DNA of 64,000 nt from Camelus dromedarius (taxonomy: Eukaryota), in assembly GCF_036321535.1 (NCBI RefSeq), contig NC_087461.1, forward strand, positions 21,142,001 through 21,206,000, read 5' to 3'. Positions 30,434-43,284 of the stretch are shown here, one piece after another. A program made the translations under genes and the position numbers. How positions within the stretch are numbered: position 1 is the stretch's first letter; every line of letters starts with the position of its first letter. The notes under the pieces were generated by a model. That model worked only from the letters and a program-made list of their open reading frames with translations. It ran no database searches and had not been told where the DNA came from.

Positions 30434-30793
30434 TGTATTATCTGGGTTCTCTGGAGACACAGGACCAGTAGGAGGTGTGTGTATATCTACAGACAGGGGT
30501 TTATTGTGAGGACCTGGCTTGTGTGCTTATGAAGACGGGCAAGTTCCCATCTGCAGGGTGGGCCAGCGGGCTGCAGCCAGGAGGGCCCATCGCACAGATG
30601 AGGCCCAAAGGCGTCTGCTGGAGAACCCCGCCTTGTGGGGGAGGCCTGTCTTCCTTTCCTGTTCTGTTCTTTAACTGACTGGATGAGGCCCCCTCAGTTA
30701 TGGAGAGCAGTCTGTTCTATTCAGAGTTCCCATATTTAAAAGTTAATCTCATCTAGAAAAATACCTTCCCAGTGGACAGAATTAACCACCACA
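30434..30793 (-). mobile_element. MLT2-like (ERV-L) solo LTR
   Basis: Starts tgtattatctgggttctct and ends aattaaccaccaca, matching my recollection of the MLT2 consensus; internal actgactggatgaggccc and gttaatctcatctagaaa; near-TSD gtggg/gtgga. Confidence 0.8.
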
Positions 30794-31289
30794 GTGGAGC
30801 CATGAATTCACCTGCAGGCTCTCAGGCCTGGACTGACCGAAGTGCCCGTTTCTTGTTTGGACTTCAAAGGCCTGTGCAGGCCTGCCTAGGAGACGCCCCG
30901 GTGAGATCCGCGTAGGAGTGTAACTGCATCCTATATGGATTCAGAGCCCCTGGGTGCATGGAGGGCGATTGGAGATGAAAGCAGACCACGTGGGTATGAT
31001 GTAAAACATGCTTACGTGTCAGGAATTCAACATGCATTCCACGAAGGATCATGGGATCTCACTATAGGAGCTGCAGGGATGCGCTGAGGAGTCTGGGGGA
31101 AACTCCCTGAAGGTCAGGAGGCATCTTGATAGGCCAGTGTCAGAAAGGGCGTGGCTGTGACTGGGAAAGGCCGTGAGCTATCAGTCAGCGTGGTCGTCGG
31201 TCGGCCCATTTGACGGTGGTGGTGGTGGGTGTGAAGGCTCTACCCGCCGTACTGATGCCGCTGTGAATGAGGAGATCGGTCCCGTGTAC

Positions 31290-31860
31290 CGGAGGGTCAA
31301 CGTGCTTAGGAATGAATTCAGCCAAGGAGATGAACGCCCTGTACACTGAACACTGTGAGACACTGATGAGAGAAGTTGAAAAAGGCACAAATAAGTGGAA
31401 ATATAGTCCATGCTCACAGATGGGAAGAATTAAGATTGTTAAAATATCCATGTTACCCAAAGCTATCCTCAGATTCAGTGCAGTTCCTGTCAAAATGCCA
31501 ATGGCGTTTTCCACAGAATAAAACAAAAAACCAAACACCTAAAATGTACTGGAACCACAAAAGACTCTAATAGCCAAAATAGCCTTAAGAAAGAGCAGAG
31601 CTTGGTGGTGTCACGATTCCTATGTTGTAGTCTATGTCACAAAGCCACCGTAGTCAGAAGTACGATGTCGGCATAAAAACAGACACACAGAACAGAGCAG
31701 GAGAGCCCAGAAGTAAGCCACACACACCCGGCCTGTCAGCTGGGACAGAGGAGCCCAGAACACGCAGGGGGGAAGGAGAGCCTCCTTAGTAAACGGAGAC
31801 GGGGAGGCTGGGCGGTCACGGGATGGAGGCTGAAGCTTGTCTCCATCTTGCACAGCGGGC
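31290..31860 (+). mobile_element. Old L1 ORF2 fragment
   Basis: ORF 31267-31521 reads LYTEHCETLMREVEKGTNKWKYSPCSQMGRIKIVKISMLPKAILRFSAVPVKMPMAF, homologous to L1 ORF2 LYTENYKTLMKEI...NKWK.[29 protein letters not shown]. Confidence 0.85.
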
Positions 31861-32789
31861 TTTGTGCATCACAGAAAATAATGCCTGTTGACAGTAGAAC
31901 ATTCGGAAGAAAATGAAAATCACCTAATTATGTGATGTCATCGTTGCTGTTTTGATGGATATTCTCCCACGATTTTCTTCTTTACCTTCTATCTGATCTG
32001 TGTCGTGGCGAGGTCAGCGTCAGGCAGCGCGCAGGGGCTGTGCGTCAGGCTCGGGGGAGGCTGGTGTGCCCCCCACCCCCGCGGCGGCCCCTAAACGAGC
32101 AGACATGAAACAGCTTGTAAAGACAGGGTGTCGGGGCTCACGCTGGGGGATGTGCTGGGAGTTACGAGAGCCCAGGGGACAAAACCCGGCTTCTTAGTCG
32201 TAAATATTTTTCTGTCTCACTCAGTGTTGTTAAAGGCACTTTAACAGCTGATAGTATTCCATTGTGTATCTGAATCTTCTCCCTTAATGTCACATGTGAA
32301 CACTGTTTACAGATTTTTGCTGAAGTAATTAAAACTTTGAACATCTTCACAGTTTAATTTTTGCTGATGACCAGTTAGGTTTCTAGGATTTATAGCTAGA
32401 AAGAACATGTCTTGGTTAAGCAGTAAGCAGGGTATGAAGGTGTTTGATCAGCGTTATCAAGTTGGCTTTCCTCAGGATTGCGCCTTTTCATGTCTTCACC
32501 AGCACTGCAGGAGAGTGCCGGTGTCACCGCCCCTTCTGCATTGCTCAATATCTTTACTTAAAATAATTGTATTTTAGCAATTCAGTAGCTCCTGTTGCAA
32601 TGAGATAGAGCCTGTTGCATATATTTGGTCCACTGTCTGTCTCTGATGAAGACTCGGGCACACCTCTTCCCCATCTGTTGTGGGAGTGTCTGCCTGTGTG
32701 TTGTGACGTTCTGAGGTGCAGTAAACTTACTCGTGCAGGTAAGGTGTTAACTCCATGGAGGACAGAACACGAGAGAAAGCAGTAGATGA

Positions 32790-33571
32790 CAGATCCCAGG
32801 TGTGAGCTTTCCGTACCAGGCGGTTCTGACACTCGCTGCCCGGAGCTAGCGTGGAGCCCACGGGCTAAGGGCTCCATCCCCCAAAACCCTTGCCTCAGGA
32901 GCCAGCTCCGGGCTACCCACAACCTCTGCCTGACTTGGCTACAAGTCAGAGGTTCCCATGACCCTCTCCTCGGGTTTGATAACTTGCTAGAGTGAATCAC
33001 ACTCCGCGTGAAAACAGTTGACTTACTGTGGCCAACTTCTCACACAGGGTGTTTTAGAGGATGCAGAGAATAGCGAAGACTGGGGGTCACTGCACGCAGG
33101 CGCTGCGGTCTCTTTGTGGGCGTGTCCATCACCCCGGGACTTTTGGGGGTATGGTGGGGGCTGCATCGCGCAGGCAGGGTGAATTACAGCATTTCCTGCC
33201 CTTCTCCCTGATCTGGGGCAGTGGGGGGTGCTGAAAAGTCCAAGCTTCTAATCATGACTTGGCAGCTGTCTGGAGTCCACCGAGACTCACCCCATTAGAA
33301 CAGAGGACACTCTCGTCGCTCAGGAGATCCAGGGGATTTAGGAGTTCTTGCTGGACGCTTCTGTCACTCAGGGAATCCCGAGGGTTTTAGGAGCTTGTGC
33401 TGGGAACCGAGGCCGAAACCAAAACACCAGCAGGATTGGGAGACAGGTGTGTATGTGTGTATGTGTGTGTATATGTGTGGATGTGTATGCATATAGTGTG
33501 TGTATATGTGTGTGGATGTGTATGCATATATATGTGCTTGTGTGTGTTTTGATGATTTCACAAGTGACACA
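32790..33571 (-). mobile_element. MER21-like LTR (boundaries approximate)
   Basis: ttctgacac...ggagctagcgtggagcccc, ggttcccatgaccctctcctcgggtttgataacttgctagag, cccattagaac, ggatttaggag; ~50-bp internal duplication near 33320-33410; expanded TG/TA tract. Confidence 0.7.
33447..33546 (+). repeat. Imperfect TG/TA repeat inside the MER21-like LTR
   Basis: gtgtatgtgtgtatgtgtgtgtatatgtgtgg... Confidence 0.85.
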
Positions 33572-33774
33572 TATGTGTTGAATCCTTTATTTCTCTGCCT
33601 GCCACAATCATCTCCTGGACCCATACCTGTCATTCTGTGATCTCGTGTGATATGTATACATATTTCTCTTGTGTCTTAATATTTCGTACACTCTTATCAA
33701 AATGTCCATATGTTGCGGCCCAGGGATTCCTCTCCTCGTGGTTACTTTTCGGCCGTGTAGTATAATCACCTCTG

Positions 33775-33835
33775 ACTTTCTTGTTCCCCATTTTGCAGAT
33801 GAACTGCAGGCTGAGAGTGGCCTGTGGGCCAGCTA
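33775..33835 (-). mobile_element. MIR core fragment
   Basis: ccccattttgcagatgaactgcaggctgagag resembles the MIR core cccattttacagatgaggaaactgaggc. Confidence 0.5.
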
Positions 33836-35681
33836 TGTCCCCCTCAGGGCCGGGACCGTTGTCTGGGGAGGAAGGACCACTGGGCTTTAGTGCTTCTGTC
33901 TCGGTCCAGGTGCAGGTGCAAGTGTGCAAGCGTCTTTGCTGCTGTTCTGAGGATGGTGGGAAAGTAAATAGCTTTCGTCCTGCCAGGTGGTACCTCCCCT
34001 GCTTCTAACACACTTGCACAAATGCCCTGGTTTTTTGGGCACTAGAAGGCAAAGATGCCAGTGACGCAGTGGCCACAGGAAGACATCACAGGCTGTTTTG
34101 ATGGCAGATCACTTGGGGTGCACACGTGTCTGTGCGTGAGGGACGTGATGTGTGCTTGAGTGACATCGTGTACAGAAGGCTTGAGGAGCAAAGGAAAGGA
34201 AAAAAAAATATTTACTGTGTTTCTTTAGAAAGAACTTGACTCAAACAGTTGATATGGTCCAGAATCTGCATGGAATAGCAGTCAAAGGTGACAGAAAATT
34301 AGCTTCTTTTGAATCAGAACAGAGAGATGCCCATACGAGTAAGACTTTGGGAAGGTTCTGTATGATGTAGGATTTAAAATGGTTTTTGAAGAGCAGATTT
34401 TTAAAAAACATTTTGCTGCCGGTGAATTAGGCCCTAAAAGCTGGCATTAATTTCAGTCATGTCAAGAGCCAAATGGATTAATAATGAAATACCAGAGAAA
34501 AAGTACCATCTCTCACTTAAATGTTTTTAGCAATAATAATGACTTAAGACTTGATAAAACAGCTGAGAACGAATATTATTCCCACCTGCAGCTTTCCTAA
34601 TAAATGAAATGTTCCCGTGGAGAACCCAGCCTCCTTTAAGACAGGTTCAGAGCAGGGCGTGTCAGGAGGTGGGGACTTGAACTTGATTAAAATTTCTTTT
34701 CATGGATTCAGTCAGCCCCTTATCTTGATATTCAAGTAGAAGGAAAATGAGAATTTGAAGCCTTAGTAGAACATTGTGGAAATGTCAGAATCGGTAAACA
34801 TTAAAAAACCAAACTGGAGAGATAAATCAGTAAGTGACAATTAGGAACCTTCCAGATGGGAGGCAAATAGTCACCCTGAATGATCTGACCTAAAGTGCCC
34901 AGCCAGGAACTGTCTCTGGTTTGTGTTTTTTCAAATGCAACTTTCCCAGGAATATGCTTCTGATTCACAAAGTGAACTTCATCTTTCAGTTGCTTCTGAA
35001 TTAAAAACAGAAGGGCTTGTAGTGGGTTTCGATGCTGTGGTATATTTCAGATGTGAAAATTCACCTGTACGGTTTTATAAACAATTTTATGTTGAGTTAG
35101 CGATGTTCATTCACACAAAGTCTTCAGTTACTCCTCTTGAATTGTTTTGAATCGTATGGATAAAAATTAAACTTTATAGAGCAAAACAAGTATATTAAGA
35201 TACTTTTGCATAGAAAATATGATGTTAGTATTTTGGTGAGTATTTGATTTTTTTTTTCCTCACCAATAACATTGATTTTATTTGCGCTACAGTTACTCTC
35301 CGGGAGTATTTTAAATATTAGAAGGCTTTTATAATGAGCACATAAAGGCTTCATTTTGATTTTTTTTAACATTTTTTATTGATTTATAATCATTTTACAA
35401 TGTTGTGTCAAATTCCAGTGTTCAGCACAATTTTTCAGTTATTCATGGACATATACACACTCATTGTCACAGTTTTTTCTCTGTGAGTTATCATAACATT
35501 TTGTGTATATTTCCCTGTGCTATACAGTGTAGTCTATTCTACAGTTTTGAAATCCCAGTCTATCCCTTCCCACCCTCCACCCCCCTGGTAACCACAAGTC
35601 TGTATTCTTTGTCTGTGAGTCTATTTCTGTCCTTTATTTACGCTTTGTTTTTGTTTGTTTGTTTGTTTTTGTTTTTGTTTT

Positions 35682-38600
35682 TTAGATTCCACATATGAGC
35701 GATCTCATATGGTATTTTTCTTTCTCTTTCTGGCTTACTTCACTTAGAATGNNNNNNNNNNNNNNNNNNNNNNNNNNNNNNNNNNNNNNNNNNNNNNNNN
35801 NNNNNNNNNNNNNNNNNNNNNNNNNNNNNNNNNNNNNNNNNNNNNNNNNNNNNNNNNNNNNNNNNNNNNNNNNNNNNNNNNNNNNNNNNNNNNNNNNNNN
35901 NNNNNNNNNNNNNNNNNNNNNNNNNNNNNNNNNNNNNNATTTTTGAAGTAGGGTTCCTTCTGGATATATGCCCAGGAGTGGGATTCCTGGGTCATATAGT
36001 AANNNNNNNNNNNNNNNNNNNNNNNNNNNNNNNNNNNNNNNNNNNNNNNNNNNNNNNNNNNNNNNNNNNNNNNNNNNNNNNNNNNNNNNNNNNNNNNNNN
36101 NNNNNNNNNNNNNNNNNNNNNNNNNNNNNNNNNNNTGAATGACGGCCATTCNNNNNNNNNNNNNNNNNNNNNNNNNNNNNNNNNNNNNNNNNNNNNNNNN
36201 NNNNNNNNNNNNNNNNNNNNNNNNNNNNNNNNNNNNNNNNNNNNNNNNNNNNNNNNNNNNNNNNNNNNNNNNNNNNNNNNCTTCTGCCCATTTTTGGATT
36301 GGGTTGTTTATTTTTTTCTTATTGAGTCGTATGAGCTGCTTATATATTCTGGAGATCAAGCCTTTGTCGGTTTCACTTGCAAAAATTTTCTCCCATTCCG
36401 TAGGTTTTCTTCTTGTTTTATTTCTGGTTTCCTTTGCTGTGCAGAAGCTTGTAAGTTTCATTAGGTCCCATTTGTTTATTCTTGCTTTTATTTCTTCTAG
36501 GAGAAAATTTTTTAAATGTATGTCAGATAATGTTTTGCCTATGTTTTCCTCTAGGAGGTTTATTGTATCTTGTCTTATGTTTAAGTCTTTAAGCTATTTT
36601 GAGTTGATTTTTGTATATGGTGTAAGGGAGTGTTCTAGCTTCATTGTTTTACATGCTGCTGTCCAGTTTTCCCAACACCATTTGCTGAAGAGACTGTCTT
36701 TATTCCAATGTATATTCTTGCCCCCTTTGTCAAAGATGAGTTGACCAAAAGTTTGTGGGTTCATTTCTGGGCTCTCTATTCTGTTCCATTGGTCTATATG
36801 TCTGTTTTGGTACCAATACCATGCTGTCTTGATGACTGTAGCTCTACAGTATTGTCTGAAGTCTGGGAGAGTTATTCCTCCAGCCTCTTTCTTTCTCTTC
36901 AGTAATGCTTTGGCAATTCTAGGTCTTTGATGGTTCCATATGAATTTTATTATGATTTTTTCTAGTTCTGTGAAATATNNNNNNNNNNNNNNNNNNNNNN
37001 NNNNNNNNNNNNNNNNNNNNNNNNNNNNNNNNNNNNNNNNNNNNNNNNNNNNNNNNNNNNNNNNNNNNNNNNNNNNNNNNNNNNNNNNNNNNNNNNNNNN
37101 NNNNNNNNNTTCCTTCATCAATGGTTTATAGTTTTCTGTGTATAATTCTTTTACCTCCTTGGTTAGATTTATTCCCAGATATTTTATTACTTTGGGTGCT
37201 ATTTTAAAGGGGATTGTTTCTTTACTTTCTTCTTCTGTTGATTTATCGTTAGTGTAAAGAAATGCAACTGATTTTTGAACGTTAATTTTGTAACCTGCTA
37301 CCTTGCTGAATTCTTCAATCAGCTCTAGTAGCTTTTGTGTGGACCTTTTAGGGTTTTCTATATATAGTAACATGTCATCAGCATATAATGNNNNNNNNNN
37401 NNNNNNNNNNNNNNNNNNNNNNNNNNNNNNNNNNNNNNNNNNNNNNNNNNNNNNNNNNNNNNNNNNNNNNNNNNNNNNNNNNNNNNNNNNNNNNNNNNNN
37501 NNNNNNNNNNNNNNNNNNNNNNNNNNNNNNNNNNNNNNNTTTGAGTTTTTCACTGTTGAGTACTATGCTGGCTGTAGGTTTGTCATATATAGCTTTTATT
37601 ATGTTGAGATATGTTCCCTGTATATCCACTTTGGCGAGAGNNNNNNNNNNNNNNNNNNNNNNNNNNNNNNNNNNNNNNNNNNNNNNNNNNNNNNNNNNNN
37701 NNNNNNNNNNNNNNNNNNNNNNNNNNNNNNNNNNNNNNNNNNNNNNNNNNNNNNNNNNNNNNNNNNNNNNNNNNNNNNNNNNNNNNNNNNNNNNNNNNNN
37801 NNNNNNNNNNNNNNNNNNNNNNNNNNNNNNNNNNNNNNNNNNNNNNNNNNNNNNNNNNNNNNNNNNNNNNNNNNNNNNNNNNNNNNNNNNNNNNNNNNNN
37901 NNNNNNNNNNNNNNNNNNNNNNNNNNNNNNNNNNNNNNNNNNNNNNNNNNNNNNNNNNNNNNNNNNNNNNNNNNNNNNNNNNNNNNNNNNNNNNNNNNNN
38001 NNNNNNNNNNNNNNNNNNNNNNNNNNNNNNNNNNNNNNNNNNNNNNNNNNNNNNNNNNNNNNNCCGTTCCTGGACTTTTATTTGTAGGGAGGTTTTTAAT
38101 TGCTATTTCTATTTCCTTTCTAGTGATCGGATTGTTCAAGTGTTCAGGTTCTTCTTGATTCAGTTTTGGTGGACAGTATGTTTCCAGAAACTTGTCCATC
38201 TCCTCTAGGTTATCCAGTTTGGTTCCATATAGTTTTTCATAATATTCTCGTATGATATTTTGTATTTCTATTTTGTTTGTTGTAATTTCTCCATTTTCCT
38301 TTCTTATTTTGCTAATTTGTGCTCTCTCTTTTTTCTTCTTTGTGAGTTTGGCCAGAGGTTTGTCGATTTTATTTACTTTTTCAAAAAACCAGCTTTTGGT
38401 TTGGTTGATTTTTTCTATGGTCTTGTTAATCTCTATTGTATTTAATTCCTCTCTGATCTTTATTATTTCCTTCCTTCTGCTGCTTTTTGGGGCTTTTTGT
38501 TCTTTTTCTAATTCATTCAGGTGGTGGGTTAAATTGTTTATTTGAGATTGTTCTTCTTTTTTGAGGAAGGCCTGTATCGCTATAAACTTCCCTCTTAGCA

Positions 38601-39482
38601 CTGCCTTTGCTGGGTCCCATAGGTTTTGAGTGGTTGTGCTTTCATTATCATTTGTCTCAAGGTATTTTTTTTTTTAATTTCAGCTTTGATTTCCTCATTG
38701 ACCCATTGTTTTTTCAATAACATATTGTTTAATCTCCATGCTTTCCTTTTTTTCTCCTTTGTTTCTCTGTTGTTGATTTCCAGTTTCATGGCATTGTGGT
38801 CAGTAAAGATGCTTGAGATAATTTCTATCTTCTTAAAATTGTTGAGGTTTCTTTTGTGCCCAAGTACATGATTGATCCTGGAAAATGTTCCATGTGCACT
38901 TGAAAAGAATGTATATCCTATTTTTGCGGGGTGTAATGCTCTGAAAATATCCACCAAATCTAGTTTTTCTATTGTAGTATTTAATTTCTCTATTGCCTTG
39001 TTTATTTTCTGTCTGGAAGATCTGTCTAGTGATGTTAATGCAGTGTTAAAATCTCCAACTATGATTGTATTCCCATCAATATCCCCCTTTATCTCTGTTA
39101 GTAATTCTTGTATGTACTTAGGTGCTCCTATATTGGGTGCATATATATTAACGAGTGTAATATCCTCATCTTGTATCACTCCTATAATCATTATAAAATG
39201 TCCTTCTTTATCTTTCTTTATGGACTTTGTTTTAAAGTCTATTTTGTCTGAAATCAGTACTGCAACACCTGCTTTTTTGGCTTTTCCATTTGCATGGAAT
39301 ATCCTTTTCCATCCTTTCACTCTCAATCTATATGTGTCCTTCTCCCTAAAGTGGGTCTCTTGTATGCAGCATATTGAAGGTTCTTGCTTTATTATCCAGT
39401 CTGCCACTCTGTGTCTTTTGACTGGAGCATTTAGTCCATTAACATTTACAGTAATTAATGATAGATGTGTGTTTATTGACAT
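35682..39482 (-). pseudogene. L1 ORF2 (endonuclease/reverse transcriptase), disrupted
   Basis: EN start ITVNVNGLN; RT motif LYADD near 37373-37387; C-terminus ILSEVSQKEKEKYHMRSLICGI. Frameshift at the T11 run 38665-38675 and in-frame TAG at 36594-36596 (KINSK*LKDL, normally W). Six N gaps. Confidence 0.93.
35752..38063. other. Six N gaps inside L1 ORF2 (35752-35938, 36003-36135, 36152-36280, 36979-37109, 37391-37539, 37641-38063)
   Basis: Runs of N separated by short islands, one only 16 bp long. Confidence 0.99.
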
Positions 39483-39886
39483 TTTGAACTTATCTTTGCA
39501 GTTGAATTGGTATATCCTCTTTGTTCCTTTCTTCTTCCTTTTGTGGTTTATTAATTTTCCTTTGTATTATCATGGATTTTATTTAATTTTTGTGACTCCT
39601 TTGTAAATTTTTGGCTTGTGGTTACCCTTTTTTGTAAATCTGTCAACCCATTACTATAGCTGTTTTTATTAAACTGATAGTAACATGATCTCAAACCCAT
39701 CCTACTGTTAAAAAAATTTAAAAAAGAAAGAAAAAAATATTCTATATTTCCCTGCCTCCCTCTCCCACTCTCAGTGATTTGTATGTCTTCTTTTATAATT
39801 TCATGTTTACTTTATTTGTAATTCATGAGTTATCACCTTTCCAGTTGTGTGTTTCTCATTTCTGTAGCATCCTGCTGCTTTTCTAT

Positions 39887-40780
39887 TTAGAATAGCCCTT
39901 TCAATATTTCTTTTAGCATGGGTTTAGTGTTGCTAAATTCCTGCAGCTTTTTTTTGTCTGTGAAACTCTTTATTTCTCCTTCTATCCTCAAGAATAGCCT
40001 TGCTGGATAAAGGATCCTAGGCTGCATGTTTTTTTCATTCAGGGCTTTGAATATATCTTGCCACTCCCTTCTGGCCTGTAGTGTTTGTGTAGAGAAATCA
40101 GCTGAGAGCCTTATGGGGGTTCCCTTGTAACTTACTCTTTGCTTTTCTCTTGCTGCCTTTAGAATCATTTCTTTATCCTTGACTCTGGCCATCTTGATTA
40201 TGATATGTCTTGGTGTGGGTCTATTTGGGTTCTTCCTGTTTGGGACCCTCTGAGCTTCCTGTACTTGGATATCTGATTCCTTCTTTAAGTTTGGGAAGTT
40301 TTCAGTCATGATTTCTTCAAAAACCTTTTCAATCCCCTTTGATCTTTCTTCTCCTTCTGGGACCCCTATTATGCGAAGATTGGGACGCTTTATGTTATCC
40401 CATAAGTCCCTTATGCTATTTTCATTATTTTTTATTTGCTTCTCTTGTAGTTCTTCTGAATGGGTGCTTTCTATTGCCCTGTCTTCTAGATCACTAATTC
40501 GTTCTTCTGCATTATCTAGTCGGCTTTGCACAGCTATTAGGTCATTCCTCATCTCTGTCAATGAGTTTACCCATTCTACTTGGCTCTTCTTTATAGCTTC
40601 AATTTCATTTTTGACATATTTTATATCTCTAAACAGTATCTCTTTTAATTCCTTCAGCAATTCGATCACTCCTTTTTTGAAATCTTGATCTAGTAGGCTA
40701 TTGATGTCTATTTCGTTGATCTTTCTTTCAGGGGATTTCTCTTGTTCTTTTAATTGGGAAAGGTTTTTCTGCTTCTTCAT
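39887..40780 (-). CDS. L1 ORF1p (RNA-binding/chaperone), apparently intact, 297 aa
   Basis: MKKQKNLSQLKEQEKSPE..., coiled coil, RRPNLRIIGVPEGEE-like KRPNLRIIGVPEGEE, PRHIIIK, YPARL motifs; no N or stop. Confidence 0.93.
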   Translation of the reverse strand: MKKQKNLSQLKEQEKSPERKINEIDINSLLDQDFKKGVIELLKELKEILFRDIKYVKNEIEAIKKSQVEWVNSLTEMRNDLIAVQSRLDNAEERISDLEDRAIESTHSEELQEKQIKNNENSIRDLWDNIKRPNLRIIGVPEGEERSKGIEKVFEEIMTENFPNLKKESDIQVQEAQRVPNRKNPNRPTPRHIIIKMARVKDKEMILKAAREKQRVSYKGTPIRLSADFSTQTLQARREWQDIFKALNEKNMQPRILYPARLFLRIEGEIKSFTDKKKLQEFSNTKPMLKEILKGLF

Positions 40781-42630
40781 CTTGCTAATACCTCTTTGGC
40801 ACTGTGGTTTATGGAGTATCAGTTGTTTATTTTGGTCCTTAAGGATTTTATCTATCTGATGCCTATTTAGTAATAGAACTTAGGAAAAAAAGAAAAAAAA
40901 ATGAGAGAGAGAGAAAGAATTTTAAAAGAAGGGAGAAAGAGGGTTTGAAAACAGTGTATAATGAATAATAGAAGAGTGAGTTGAAGCAGAGTATTAATCG
41001 GGTTGAGACATCCTTTTAAAACCTTTACAAAAAAGGGGGGGGTGAGATGAATAGATGTATTTGAAACCTGTGTCTAATCAATAGCAGGACATCAAAACCC
41101 AAGAGAAATAGAAATGAATTAAGAAGTAAAGATTAAGAGAGTAATAGAAAATAGAACAGGTAAAAACAGATTTAAAAAAAAAATGGGGGGGGGGGGGTTT
41201 GTCGGTGTTCTCCTAGAGTCTGTGTGCTTTTAATGTGAAGTCTTTCTGTCTTCGTCCTGTTTTGGAAGCTCAGCTTGCTGTTTTCAGAGGCCCTCCATTG
41301 GCGCCCTCTTCTGTGCTGCTCCCAGCACCTGTTGGCAAGCAGATCGTGCCTCCTCCTAACACTGGGTCAGGTGCAGCTCTCTGCTGTGGGCTCATTTTGA
41401 TTTTTGAAGCTGAAATGTATTCACTTTGTGTAGTTAACAGCGCTGTCACCTAGGATCTTCTCAAGTTGTTCTTTTTAACCTTCTTTATTATGTAGTTTTC
41501 CTGTTTTTAACATATTAGCAATTTTTGGAAACATATCTTGTCCTGACAACGTCGAGGGTATCCTTTGAAATGGCGCAGAGAATGGTAACATTGAAAATTA
41601 GTAAATTAGCAGCTTTATAGATCACAGTGTTACAGATTTGGAGACTTAAATATGACATCTCTTAGGATAACCTTTAAAAAAATCTCTTACTGATAAACTC
41701 TGTACTTCCAAAAATTATTTCATCTAATTGAGTTATTTGAGATTGTGTGTTAGATCCCAGAATCCTTTCTAAAATTATTTTATCATTATTAAGGTAATTC
41801 TGACAATTATTAGAAAGTTTTAAAAAATTAGTTGGGATACAAAGAAAAAAATTGAAGTGTGCCCACATTTCCGTTGCTCGGCAGTAGCCTTACGTGTGTG
41901 TAAATGGACACTCTTTTCAGTACAGCGTTGGGGTCTGGCCGAATCAGGTACCACTGGCTGTTTGACCATTCTTCCCCTGTAATTTGGTAAATCCAGCTTG
42001 AACGACTGGGTGGATGCTGGAGAAATTTTCCCAAGTTGGGAAAAGTGAGATGAGGGATTTACTTGTGGTTCAAAGAGCTTGTGCCCCTGTGCGTCCCGTG
42101 GCTGGAAGCACAGGCTTTGATACGGGATTCTGGTCTTACCTGTGTGGAGATGGCCAGTGTCGAGGTCTGGGGGGTCCCTGAGGAGGGTCACAGAAGGCAG
42201 GCGACTTCCTCTTCAGGTGTCCAGCGGTTTTATCCATCATCTCCTGCATTTCATCAGGTTATACTTTAAGCGTTCATTTCTTCCATGCTGTTTTAGGGAC
42301 GATGGGGAAAAGTTTGTGTAGTGTCCTGGAACAGTCTCCAGTCACACTTGGTGGCCACGGTTACAGTGTGGAGGCTGGCGTGCACAACTGATTCAGCAGC
42401 ATTGCTGGGGTGATACCCACCGCTGTGTTAAGCGTGGCAAGGCCCTGTGGAAAAATGTCCTCTAATGCTGTTTATCTCCGCTTTGTCTCCCAGATGTTGG
42501 AAGATAAAACTCCCTGGGGGCTTTCTGAAAATGAATACCTTTTTTTCTGCTGACTTTGTCTCATCAGGATTTGTTACTGTTTATGAATAAAGGGCACCAT
42601 TAGTGAACACTCAGCTATTGCTAACACTGA

Positions 42631-43272
<642 letters not shown>

Positions 43273-43284
43273 TAATTACAACCC

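Larger units (their letters stand above)
35365..41391 (-). mobile_element. LINE-1, ~6.0 kb, probably 5'-truncated within the 5' UTR, antisense to PARD3 in intron 12
   Basis: 14-bp TSD tcattttgattttt at 35351-35364 and 41392-41405; short poly(T) at the left end; ORF1, ~400-bp spacer and ORF2 on the - strand; target site c|AAAAA resembles the L1 endonuclease consensus. Confidence 0.97.

Noticed and set aside
37378-37553. Apparent additional ORF2 frameshifts across N gaps
   Set aside because: Frame changes across Ns depend on gap length and cannot be trusted as real lesions.
38872-39606. Hydrophobic 244-aa ORF and similar ORFs on the + strand of the L1
   Set aside because: They are the antisense reading of A-rich L1 ORF2, a well-known source of spurious membrane-protein ORFs.
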